Below are positions 8,519 through 17,153 of a DNA stretch of 64,000 bases, one piece after another. Source of the stretch: an uncultured Solirubrobacterales bacterium (lineage in GTDB: Bacteria > Actinomycetota > Thermoleophilia > Solirubrobacterales > 70-9). The stretch is taken from positions 2,231 through 66,230 of the forward strand of contig CAVSIE010000003.1 of assembly GCA_963728045.1 (NCBI GenBank), written 5' to 3'. Within the stretch, counting starts at the first letter, position 1. Each line of letters opens with the position of its first letter. The position numbers were made by a program, and so were the translations under genes. The notes under the pieces were generated by a model, which searched no databases, was not told where the DNA came from, and saw only the letters and a list, made by a program, of their open reading frames with translations.

Positions 8519-8552
8519 CAAACTCGTCCTCCGCATCGGCGACGATCTGCCG

Positions 8553-9803
8553 ATGATCCGCGGTCTCTGGCCTGAGCTCCGCAATGGCCCACTGGGCCGG
8601 CGCGACTTCCGGTTCCTCTTCCTGGGCCGGACGACATCGTTCATCGGCAACGCGTTCGCCAACGTGGCGCTCGCCTTCGCGGTCCTCGAGTTGACCGGCT
8701 CCAAAGCGGACCTCGGCTACGTGCTCGCCGCGCGAACGGTGCCACAGGTGATCTTCCTTCTCGTCGGCGGAATCTGGTCGGATCGCCTGCCGCGGAATCT
8801 CGTGATGGTGACCGCGAACGTCGTCAGCGGCCTCAGCCAGGGCGCGATCGCGGTGCTCCTCCTCGCGGGCCACGCGCAGATTTGGCACCTGATGGCACTC
8901 GGCGCCGTCAACGGCATGAGCTCGGCGTTCTTCTTCCCGGCCGCATCCGGCATCGTCCCCCAGACCGTCCCGACGCGCATGCTGCAAAGCGCGAACGCGC
9001 TCCTTCGACTCGGAACGAGCGGAAGCTGGATCGTCGGCGCCGCGCTCGGCGGTCTCATCGTGGCCGCCACGAGCCCGGGTGTTGCGATCGCGGTCGACGC
9101 AGCCACCTTCCTGCTCGCGGCGCTCTTCACGGCGATGATCCGCCTTCCGTCCGAACTGAAGATGGAAGCCTCGAACTTCTTCGCCGAGCTGGGCGAGGGC
9201 TGGCGGGAGTTCCGCGCTCGGACGTGGCTGTGGGTGATCGTCCTCCAGTTCAGCTTCGTCAACGCGATCGAGCAGGGCTCCCAGAGCGTCCTTGGTCCGG
9301 CGATCGCCAAGGATCACTTCGGCGGAGCGGCCGGCTGGGGCCTGATCCTGACGGCCCAGTCCCTGGGCCTCGTTGCAGGCGGACTGATCCTCCTCCGCCT
9401 CCGCCCGCGCCGCATTCTGCTCGCCGCGACACTCGGCTTCCTGCTGACGATCCCGTTCCTGTTGGCTCTGGCAGGCCCCCTGCCGCTGGCGGCGGTCGTC
9501 GCCCTGGCGGCGCTGGCCGGGATCGGCCTGGAGGTCTTCGGCGTCTTGTGGGACACGGCCATGCAGCAGGAGATCCCGGCGGAGAAGCTCTCGCGGGTCT
9601 ATTCCTACGACGCGCTGGGCTCATTCGCGCTGATTCCGCTCGGCCTCGCCGTTGCCGGCCCTATCTCGGAGGTTTTCGGGACGCGACCGACGATCCTGGG
9701 CGCGGCCGCGATCAGCACGACCGTGACGCTCGCCGTTCTCTTAGTCCGCGACGTGCGCACGCTCCCGCGTCGTGAGTCCACGCCTCTCCTCGAGCCCTCC
9801 TAG
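8553..9803 (+). CDS. MFS transporter
   Basis: 416 aa with about 12 hydrophobic segments and an N-terminal RDFRFLFLGRTTSFIGN pattern. Confidence 0.8.
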   Translation: MIRGLWPELRNGPLGRRDFRFLFLGRTTSFIGNAFANVALAFAVLELTGSKADLGYVLAARTVPQVIFLLVGGIWSDRLPRNLVMVTANVVSGLSQGAIAVLLLAGHAQIWHLMALGAVNGMSSAFFFPAASGIVPQTVPTRMLQSANALLRLGTSGSWIVGAALGGLIVAATSPGVAIAVDAATFLLAALFTAMIRLPSELKMEASNFFAELGEGWREFRARTWLWVIVLQFSFVNAIEQGSQSVLGPAIAKDHFGGAAGWGLILTAQSLGLVAGGLILLRLRPRRILLAATLGFLLTIPFLLALAGPLPLAAVVALAALAGIGLEVFGVLWDTAMQQEIPAEKLSRVYSYDALGSFALIPLGLAVAGPISEVFGTRPTILGAAAISTTVTLAVLLVRDVRTLPRRESTPLLEPS

Positions 9804-10869
9804 GAGCCACCAGCCCGCGAGCGGCGCCGCGGCAAAGACCGCGAAACCCGTGCGCCACGACGATGCGTCGACGAGCGCGGCAAACAGCGGCGCTGCGACG
9901 AAGCCGACGATCGAGAGCGTCATCTGCTGAAAGCCGATGGCGGCGCCGCTTCGCGAGCGTCCGGCCAGCTCGGCGGCCGCCGTGTACGAGAGGCCGTTCC
10001 ACATCATCGAGAAGGCCGTCGCCACGACCAGCGTCGGGATGAGAATCTCGAGCGGAACCGTGACGAGCGCCGCCGAGAGTGCGAGCGTGGCGAAGATCGC
10101 CAGCCCGACGAGCCGCAAGGGGCGGATGCGCGCGCGTGCGCGGTCCGACCAGCGGCCGACGCCGATCCGCAACGCGATCGCGATCACCTGCGCTACGGCG
10201 AGCACGGCGGCGGCCTCACCGGTCGAGAGCCCGCGCGCGTCGTGGAGGAAGAGGACGAGGAACCCGGTCAGCGCGATCTGGGCGACCAGAAACAGGCTGC
10301 TGCCGGTGCTCAGGCAGCCAGAGACGCCGGTCGCGAAGCGTCCACGGCTCGAGCTCCTCGGCGGTTACGGTCGCCGGCCGATCGCGGACGACGAGCGCCG
10401 AGACCAGCGCCGCCACCAGGCAGAGCACCGCGAGGAAGAGCAGCGCCCCGTGCAGAGAGCTCGCCCCGACGATCGCCGGCAGCGTCACGGCCGTCAGCGC
10501 GCCGCCGAGCGGTAGCGACGCCTGGCGCAGCCCGAGCGCGAACCCGCGCTCCTCCGCGGGGAACGAGTGCATGACCGCGCGCCCGCTCGCGGAGTTGACG
10601 CTCGACCCGGCTGCGCTCGCGAGGCCGAGCAACCCGACGAACGCGTAGAAGTCGTCAACGGCGGCCGCGGCACCGACCAAAAGGCCCATGGCAGTCAGAC
10701 CGACAGCGAGAGCCAGCCGCTCTCCCCACCGGTCGGCCGCCAGCCCCCAGGGGAGCAGCGTGAAGATCGGCCCGACCCAGACGCTGGCGAGGACGATGCC
10801 CACCTCCGTGAGCGTGAGGTCGAACTCCTCGCGGAGGATCGGGGCCAAAACGGGCAGGCCGAGCAACAC
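9741..10869 (-). pseudogene. MFS transporter, frameshifted (about 10312-10316) and apparently truncated at the N-terminus
   Basis: Two ORFs (10216-10869 and 9741-10205) are the two halves of one MFS protein. The bridging sequence LSTGSSLFLVAQIALTGFLVLFLHDARGLSTGEAAAVLAVAQVI reads in the downstream frame. An in-frame stop lies just upstream of GTG 10869, where a first TM helix would be expected. Confidence 0.6.
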
Positions 10870-10883
10870 GGTGCGCCAGCCTC

Positions 10884-11486
10884 GGCTTCAAGCCCAAGCT
10901 CTCCTTCCGCCTCTATGGCGGCACGAAGAGGGGAGGTCACCCGAGGCTGAAAGCGATGGTCCGCATGCCCGCAGGAGGCGCCAACATCGCCAAAGCCGCC
11001 GTGGCGCTGCCGAGATCCGAGTTCCTCGACCAGAGCCACATCGGCACCGTCTGCACCAGGGTCCAGTTCAAAGAAGACGCTTGCCCTGCAGCCTCGGTCT
11101 ACGGCAAAGCCTCGGTGAAGACCCCGCTTCTGGATGAAGTACTGAGCGGACCGATCTACCTGCGCTCTTCCGACAATCTGCTCCCCGATCTCGTCGTCGC
11201 CTTCCGGGGAGGCAGGGTCGACTTCAACCTCGTAGGCCGCATCGACTCGATCAGGGGAGGGATCCGCAACACCTTCGACTTCGTTCCCGACGCCCCAGTG
11301 ACCTGGGCCTCCTTCGACTTCCTCGGCGGCAAGAAGGGCCTGCTGATCAACAGCAGAGATCTCTGCAAAAAGACCTACAGGGCAACGGCCAAATTCAGGG
11401 CCCAGAACGGCGAGGCGCTCACCTTGCGTCCGGAGATGCAGAACAGCTGCGGCAAGGTGCGCAAAGCCAAGAAGCGTCGCCACTAG
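10884..11486 (+). pseudogene. C-terminal fragment of a larger extracellular protein (5-prime truncated)
   Basis: GFKPKLSFRLYGGTKRGGHPRLKAMVRMP...GPIYLRSSDNLLPDLVV...GGKKGLLINSRDLC...RKAKKRRH reads like the tail of a large protein. The frame has a stop at 10815-10817 and no credible N-terminus. Confidence 0.45.
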
Positions 11487-11503
11487 GGATTAGAAGCAGA
11501 AGC

Positions 11504-11546
11504 AACCAGTCAACCACCCAACCAGTACCAAACCAGTCAAACCAGT
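11504..11546 (+). repeat. Four AACCAGT(C) direct repeats in a C/A-rich leader
   Basis: AACCAGT occurs at 11504, 11520, 11531 and 11540, upstream of the large secreted protein gene. Confidence 0.6.
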
Positions 11547-11599
11547 CAGGCCCGGTGCGAAGCAGTAGCCCGGTCCATCACAAGCAGGGGGTAGAGAGA

Positions 11600-14500
11600 A
11601 TGTCAAGCACTCACCAGTGGCGGACCAGCCTGGTCTGGAACTTCATGCTAATCGTGGCAGTCCTAGCTGCCGTATTGGCTATTGCTCCGACGGCTTCCTT
11701 TGCGCACCCAGGCCATGACCACGGCCTCAGCAGCGCTACGGGCCGCATGCCGGGGGTGCCCGACTACCAGAAGATCGACGGTGTGGTGAGCCGCTTCGAC
11801 CCCCAGTCGAGGGAATACATCCTGCGCAAGCCGGGGGAGCCGGCAGCGAGAGCCCACGTCGAGAGCGACGTGCGCCCCGTCTCCGAAGGCGTGGCGGCAA
11901 ACGGCGGCTACTCCTCCCTACCGTCGGGGGAAATCCAGCCGTCTTGTGCCACCAGCGGGCACCGCATCGTCGTCGTGAACGCCTATGACGCCGGCACCAA
12001 AACAGCCGACGCCGGAGACGCCCACATCCGCTCGCTGGTCAAGCGCATGAACTGGAAGTTCGTGCAGCAGTCCCAGCTCTCGAGCCAGCCGGACCGCACG
12101 CTGCAGATGAAAGTCGACTGCGACGGCTCCGGCGCTACGACGGTTACCGACGTTGCCGTGCCCTTCGGCTACAAAAGCGAAGGGATCGACACCACCGACG
12201 GCGACATCGGCGTGCTCGACACGATGCTCTACGTCGAACAGAAACTCGGCGAGCCAGAAGGCGCCAACTCGGTCAAGTACCTGATCTTCAATGACAAGAA
12301 TCGCTATCCCAGCTTCGTCGGAGTCGGATACAAGTACTCCGACGCAACCAAGAGCAGCAGCAACATCAACCTCAAATACACGTCCAGCGCATTCATCTCC
12401 CGCAACCCCAAACACACGCTGGACGGCAAAGACTCCTGGGAATCGACGATCCCGGTCCACGAGCTTCTCCATGTGATGGGCGCAGCGCTCAACTACGAGT
12501 CGGAACCAGGCAAATGGATCGCGGCCCCCTATGCGACCACCGGCTCGCACTGCATCGACGGCATCGACATCCTCTGCTACTCAGACGGCGGAACCTCTCC
12601 CGACGGATCCTACTCAGAGGGCCGCTGCCCAGCCGAAGCCGGCCACGAATCAGCCGAGCGGGTCACCCTCGACTGTGGCTTCGACACCTACTTCGACGCC
12701 GAAACCGAGTCCGGTGAGTGGCTCAGCAAATGGTGGAATGTTGGCGGATCGGAGAACCCGTTCCTTGTCTACACCCCGGGGACGCCGCCGGTGGCGACGG
12801 CGCCGCAGGCGTTCACCACCGCGGCGGACTTCGAAACTTACAGCGCCACCCTCAAGGGCCTCGTCAACCCCGGCGGCGTCGCGACCACCTACAAATTCGA
12901 ATACGGCACCACGACCTCCTACGGCAGCAGCGTCCCCGCCTCACCGAAAAGCATCGGCTCGGGAATCGACGACGTCCAAGTCAGCGAGACGATCAAAACC
13001 GAACCCGAAGTGACCTACCACTACCGGGTGGTCGCGACCAACAGCAAAGGCACCTTCTACGGGGAAGACAAGACCGTAACGACGTCTCATTGGGAAGTCC
13101 AGCCTATTGAAGGACCAAGTAGCAGTAAAGGGCGGGGCGAACTCAGCGACATCTCCTGCTCATCCTCAATCCACTGCGTTGCGGTTGGCAGTAACAGCAA
13201 AGGGGCCCCTCTCTCTGAGCAGTGGGACGGCAGCCAATGGACGATCATGGCGAACGTCAAACTGGAAGGCGGCTTGGAAAGGGTGTCCTGCAGCTCTGCC
13301 AGCTTCTGCATGGCGACTGGCAAGACTGGCTCTACTCTCTTCTCGGAAAGCTGGAACGGTAGTAGTTGGTCGTCTGTGAGCTTCCCGATACCAGTCGGAT
13401 CGAATGGCTCCGCGATAGAAGCTATCTCCTGCACTTCTTCGACCGCCTGTGTCGCAGTGGGACGCTACTCGGGCTCGAAAGGGGAAGCTTTCGAAGCGAA
13501 CACGCTAATCGAGCGCTGGAACGGCAGCGAATGGACGATCGTGCCCTCCCCCAACGTCGAAGGCAACGCTTTCAGCCGACTGTGGGGAGTCTCCTGCACC
13601 TCGGCCACCTCGTGCCTTGCTGTGGGGTCAACCAATAAAACGCTTGGAAGCGCGCTTTCGCCACTCGTGCAGAAATGGGACGGCAGCAAATGGACGATCG
13701 TCTCTGCTCCCACCCCGCCGGGAGGCAGCGGTTCCCTTCAATCCGTCTCCTGTCCTGCCGCGAACTTTTGTATGGCAAGTGGAGCCGGAGGCGAAAATCT
13801 GGCCTTTGCGGCATCGTGGGATGGTGTCGGCTGGAAAGCCCAGGGCAGCGGGCTGCCCAACGGCCTCCGCTCTATCTCCTGCGCCACGCAGAGCTCTTGC
13901 GAGCTGGTCGGCAGCCTAACGAAGGGACAACACTGGAACGGCTCAAGTTGGACCACCCAGGATCTGGCCGCAGTGCCAGGGGGCGAAAATTTCGATGGGC
14001 GGCGCGTTTCCTGTCCAGGGCCGTCACTATGCACAGCTGTCGGGAGATATACAGGTGTGCCGTTCTTCAGTCCTGGAACCAGGCCATTGGCAGAGCGTCT
14101 TATACCGTCTCCTCACGTCAAGTTTCGGGCTGAAAAATACATCTCGGAAGAATTTTCCGAAAAATATTCCTCCACAGCAACAGCTGAACAGAGTGGATCA
14201 CATAAATTCACCAACGAAAAAAGCCAAACTCTGACATGCAGTAAAGCCACGGCCGCCGGAGCCATGTCAGAACCGTCTATCACCTTGGCGTTGGCCCCGG
14301 CATATAAAGAATGTAATTTCCTCGGCACGGCTGCTTCGGGAAAAGCCAACAGCTGCAAGTATGTGTTCCTGAGCACCAATGACAAAGAACCGTTCACCGG
14401 CAGTGTAGATATCGCCTGCAGCAAAGAAAACGACGGAATCGAATTCACGACCGCTTTCTGCACCCTGAAGATCCCGGCGCAGAAAGCCCTCGGCACCCTA

Positions 14501-15325
14501 ACTCTCGCTAACACCGGCAAAAAAAGTCGCGGTCGCACGATCACTGCGACCCTCAGCCTGAGTGGGGTCGAACACATTGAAACCAGTAAAATTGGAGCCT
14601 GTGGAGGAACGTATAAAGCTGGCACCTACGTCGGCACCTACGTGATCAGTGGCTCCGAGGCGCCCGAAGGGTATCCTGAAGAGAAAGAACCGGTCGGTCT
14701 CTATATGGCCAATGAACAGGTTGTGGTCCCACCGTTGGTCGAAGCCGAAAAATATTCGGCGGTTGTCGGCGCGGAAGGGGGCACAATGGCGATCTCCATG
14801 GGTTCCTCTATGTCGTTCAACTGTGCGTCGACCGGCAAAGGCCAAGGCTTGCTCGGCGGTCCCTCCAAAGAAGCTAACCTGATATTCCAGAAATGGACTG
14901 GCTGTTATTGGGGGGGCGGATTCAGCATCAGCATGAACGGCTGCTCCTTCGTCCTGCGCCCCCTGGTCGGCCAGCTGCCGTACACCACCGGCTCTCTGGG
15001 CATCACCTGTCCTACAGGGAAAGAAATCATGTTCACGACTCCCGGCGGGTGCGAAGTTAAAATCCCATCACAGAGCAACCTCAGCTCGATCAAAACCGAG
15101 AACGTTGGCAGCGGCACCTCGCGTGCGATCAACGCGAACCTGGTTGTGAAAGGTCTGACCTACACACAGGGCGCGAAAGGCGTGTATTGCCAACCGGGAA
15201 CGCGTAGCGATGGCTCTCTTGGCGGCACTTGGAACCTCAAAGGGTATGCAAACCTCGGCACACAGGTCGTGGAAGGAGAACTGAAATACATCGAGGGTGC
15301 CCAGCGCGGCATCTGGGCCGAATAG
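11600..15325 (+). CDS. Large secreted multidomain protein: signal peptide, HExxH region, FN3-like domain, W-x-G-S-x-W / SC..S...C.AVG repeats, two Cys-rich C-terminal modules
   Basis: ATG 11600 gives MSSTHQWRTSLVWNFMLIVAVLAAVLAIAPTASFA. HELLH lies at about 12458-12472. TYKFEYGTTTSYG is FN3-like. Six WDGSQW/WNGSSW-type repeats lie at about 13200-13960. Two homologous 6-Cys modules lie at about 14230-14650 and 14800-15250. The ORF-track start at 11555 is less likely. Confidence 0.7.
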   Translation: MSSTHQWRTSLVWNFMLIVAVLAAVLAIAPTASFAHPGHDHGLSSATGRMPGVPDYQKIDGVVSRFDPQSREYILRKPGEPAARAHVESDVRPVSEGVAANGGYSSLPSGEIQPSCATSGHRIVVVNAYDAGTKTADAGDAHIRSLVKRMNWKFVQQSQLSSQPDRTLQMKVDCDGSGATTVTDVAVPFGYKSEGIDTTDGDIGVLDTMLYVEQKLGEPEGANSVKYLIFNDKNRYPSFVGVGYKYSDATKSSSNINLKYTSSAFISRNPKHTLDGKDSWESTIPVHELLHVMGAALNYESEPGKWIAAPYATTGSHCIDGIDILCYSDGGTSPDGSYSEGRCPAEAGHESAERVTLDCGFDTYFDAETESGEWLSKWWNVGGSENPFLVYTPGTPPVATAPQAFTTAADFETYSATLKGLVNPGGVATTYKFEYGTTTSYGSSVPASPKSIGSGIDDVQVSETIKTEPEVTYHYRVVATNSKGTFYGEDKTVTTSHWEVQPIEGPSSSKGRGELSDISCSSSIHCVAVGSNSKGAPLSEQWDGSQWTIMANVKLEGGLERVSCSSASFCMATGKTGSTLFSESWNGSSWSSVSFPIPVGSNGSAIEAISCTSSTACVAVGRYSGSKGEAFEANTLIERWNGSEWTIVPSPNVEGNAFSRLWGVSCTSATSCLAVGSTNKTLGSALSPLVQKWDGSKWTIVSAPTPPGGSGSLQSVSCPAANFCMASGAGGENLAFAASWDGVGWKAQGSGLPNGLRSISCATQSSCELVGSLTKGQHWNGSSWTTQDLAAVPGGENFDGRRVSCPGPSLCTAVGRYTGVPFFSPGTRPLAERLIPSPHVKFRAEKYISEEFSEKYSSTATAEQSGSHKFTNEKSQTLTCSKATAAGAMSEPSITLALAPAYKECNFLGTAASGKANSCKYVFLSTNDKEPFTGSVDIACSKENDGIEFTTAFCTLKIPAQKALGTLTLANTGKKSRGRTITATLSLSGVEHIETSKIGACGGTYKAGTYVGTYVISGSEAPEGYPEEKEPVGLYMANEQVVVPPLVEAEKYSAVVGAEGGTMAISMGSSMSFNCASTGKGQGLLGGPSKEANLIFQKWTGCYWGGGFSISMNGCSFVLRPLVGQLPYTTGSLGITCPTGKEIMFTTPGGCEVKIPSQSNLSSIKTENVGSGTSRAINANLVVKGLTYTQGAKGVYCQPGTRSDGSLGGTWNLKGYANLGTQVVEGELKYIEGAQRGIWAE

Positions 15326-15364
15326 CTCGGTCCTAGCAGGAAGGGAGCCTCTCCTTCGTGGAAC

Positions 15365-15399
15365 ACCGCGCCCCGGAGCACTCCGGGGCGCGGTTGTTT
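15365..15399 (+). terminator. Rho-independent terminator
   Basis: ACCGCGCCCCGGAG-CA-CTCCGGGGCGCGGT forms a 14-bp stem followed by TGTTT, 40 nt after the stop. Confidence 0.65.
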
Positions 15400-15445
15400 G
15401 AGGGGATGGGGTTGAAGGCAACTCAGGCTTCGCGCAAGGCTGGCG

Positions 15446-15523
15446 CTTGCTATCTTTCCCGGTCGGCCCATTGGGCCGTTTGGCCGTGCCTGTCGCCCGT
15501 CTCCTGGGGCGTGCAGGAGCCCT
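15446..15523 (+). promoter_or_regulatory. Leader-like repeat, copy A (upstream of rpmJ)
   Basis: CTTGCTATCTTTCCCGGTCGGCCC... is about 88% identical by eye to 16662-16738. Confidence 0.6.
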
Positions 15524-15548
15524 GCAGTCGATACGAGATTCCGGAGCG

Positions 15549-15662
15549 ATGAAGGTCCGAGCTTCAGTCAAGCCGATGTGCGAAAAGTGCAAGATCATCC
15601 GCCGTAACGGGGCGGTCCTCGTGATCTGTCAGAACCCCCGCCACAAGCAGCGTCAGGGCTAG
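15549..15662 (+). CDS. rpmJ: 50S ribosomal protein L36
   Basis: [37 protein letters not shown]. Confidence 0.95.
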   Translation: MKVRASVKPMCEKCKIIRRNGAVLVICQNPRHKQRQG

Positions 15663-15675
15663 GGGAGAGGCCAAG

Positions 15676-16059
15676 ATGGCACGTATCGCAGGCATCAACA
15701 TCCCGGTCGGCAAGCGGGTCGAGATCGGTCTTACTTATGTCTTCGGGATCGGCCGCTCTACGGCGCAGGAGATCCTCGAGGAGACGAAAATCGACCCCAA
15801 CACCCTGGTCAAGGACCTGACCGAGGACGAGGTCGTGCGCCTGCGCGAGGCGGTGGAGCAGCGCGAGGTCGAGGGCGACCTGCGCCGCGACCGCTCCCAG
15901 AACGTCAAACGGCTGATGGAGATCGGCGCCTACCGCGGCCTGCGGCACCGCCGCGGCCTGCCGGTACGGGGCCAGCGGACCAAGACCAACGCGCGCGGCC
16001 GCAAGGGCCCGCGTCGTCTCAGCGTGGCTGGCAAGCGCAAAGCGCCCCAGCCTAAGTAG
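15676..16059 (+). CDS. rpsM: 30S ribosomal protein S13
   Basis: [26 protein letters not shown]..., a canonical S13. Confidence 0.95.
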   Translation: MARIAGINIPVGKRVEIGLTYVFGIGRSTAQEILEETKIDPNTLVKDLTEDEVVRLREAVEQREVEGDLRRDRSQNVKRLMEIGAYRGLRHRRGLPVRGQRTKTNARGRKGPRRLSVAGKRKAPQPK

Positions 16060-16137
16060 CGACGTCTGTCTCGCGATTTACCTGAGTCGTGGCCCCGGAT
16101 CGGGGGAGAAAGTTGCGTGTTCAGCTCTTAACGGAGC

Positions 16138-16350
16138 ATGCGCTTCAGTCGGCATGCGAAGAACCGGATGCGACTGTGCGGTGTTTCCGGCGACGAGGTC
16201 CTGGAGATCATCTCCGATCAGAACCGAGCTGGAGAGGATCCGAACGGGAATCTGCTCTATGCCGGGACCATCCAGGGTCTCTCGCTCTGCGTAGTGCTTG
16301 CGCTCGATGACCTGACCACCGTGATCACCGTCTACGATCTGGAGGCATGA
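16138..16350 (+). CDS. DUF4258-domain protein (putative toxin)
   Basis: MRFSRHAKNRMRLCGVSGDEVLEII...TVITVY pattern. It overlaps the next ORF by 4 nt. Confidence 0.65.
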   Translation: MRFSRHAKNRMRLCGVSGDEVLEIISDQNRAGEDPNGNLLYAGTIQGLSLCVVLALDDLTTVITVYDLEA

Positions 16351-16643
16351 TGCGAGCCGACTACGACAGCGAGGGCGACACGATCCAGATCGAATTGGGG
16401 CGTGTTCGGAAGCTCGGACATAGCGAGTTGGTCGAGAACGGTGCCGTCATCATCGGAATCCATGAGGATCGACCGGTGATGGTCGATGTGATCGGGACGC
16501 GCAACGGCTTCGAGGAGCCGCTTCGAGTCGCCGCGGAGCGCTACGAGCTCGACGCCGAAGCGCTGATTGCTGCCGCGAATGCGGCCCTTGCGGCCCCCGA
16601 CCGGACCGTGACGCTGGACGTCGGCGTCCGGGCCGCGGCCTGA
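16347..16643 (+). CDS. DUF2283-domain protein (putative antitoxin)
   Basis: N-terminal ADYDSEGDTIQIEL signature. It is start/stop coupled to the DUF4258 gene. Confidence 0.65.
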   Translation: MMRADYDSEGDTIQIELGRVRKLGHSELVENGAVIIGIHEDRPVMVDVIGTRNGFEEPLRVAAERYELDAEALIAAANAALAAPDRTVTLDVGVRAAA

Positions 16644-16661
16644 GCCCGCGCACGCCTGACC

Positions 16662-16738
16662 CTTGCTATCTTTCCCGGTCGGCCCTGAGGGTCGTTGACC
16701 GTGCCCGTCGCCCGTTTCCTGGGGCGTGCGGGAGTCCT
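16662..16738 (+). promoter_or_regulatory. Leader-like repeat, copy B (upstream of rpsK)
   Basis: The first 24 nt are identical to copy A. The differences include G-C to G-U changes within the putative helices. Confidence 0.6.
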
Positions 16739-16751
16739 TGAGGAGATACGA

Positions 16752-17153
16752 ATGGCAGCAGCGAAAAAACCTGCGAAGGGCCGCGCGCGGCGACGCGTCA
16801 AGAAGAACGTCGCTTACGGGCAGGCGCACATCAAGACTTCGTTCAATAACACGATCGTCACCCTGACCGACACGCAGGGCAACGTGATCGCCTGGGAGTC
16901 GGCCGGCTCGGCGGGCTTCAAAGGCTCGCGCAAGTCGACGCCGTTCGCCGCCCAGGTCACCGCCGACGCGGCCGCCAAGAAAGGCATGGAGCACGGCCTG
17001 GAAAAGGTCGAGGTCTTCGCCAAGGGCGCCGGCTCCGGTCGCGAGACTGCGATCCGCTCTCTGCAGGCGGCCGGGCTCGAAGTGACGACGGTCAAGGACG
17101 TCTCCCCGCAGGCCCACAACGGCTGCCGGCCGAAGAAGCGGAGGCGCGTCTAG
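16752..17153 (+). CDS. rpsK: 30S ribosomal protein S11
   Basis: ...[30 protein letters not shown]...[12 protein letters not shown]. Confidence 0.95.
   Translation: MAAAKKPAKGRARRRVKKNVAYGQAHIKTSFNNTIVTLTDTQGNVIAWESAGSAGFKGSRKSTPFAAQVTADAAAKKGMEHGLEKVEVFAKGAGSGRETAIRSLQAAGLEVTTVKDVSPQAHNGCRPKKRRRV

Noticed and set aside
13200-13960. Periodic repeats that might suggest a DNA repeat array or CRISPR
   Set aside because: The periodicity is at the protein level (WxGSxW / SCxSxxxCxAVG blades) with divergent nucleotide sequence. No direct-repeat and spacer organisation was found anywhere in the window.
10873-15446. 10-bp inverted match GCGCCAGCCT (10873-10882) / AGGCTGGCGC (15437-15446) flanking the accessory segment
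   Set aside because: It is suggestively placed at both boundaries. However, it is only 10 bp, G+C-rich and does not extend, so a chance match cannot be excluded without a genome-wide background.
15447-15662. 71-aa ORF extending rpmJ upstream, and likewise 16695-17153 for rpsK
   Set aside because: L36 is a conserved 37-aa protein and S11 starts at MAAAKK. The upstream extensions are translations of the duplicated leader sequence from TTG codons.
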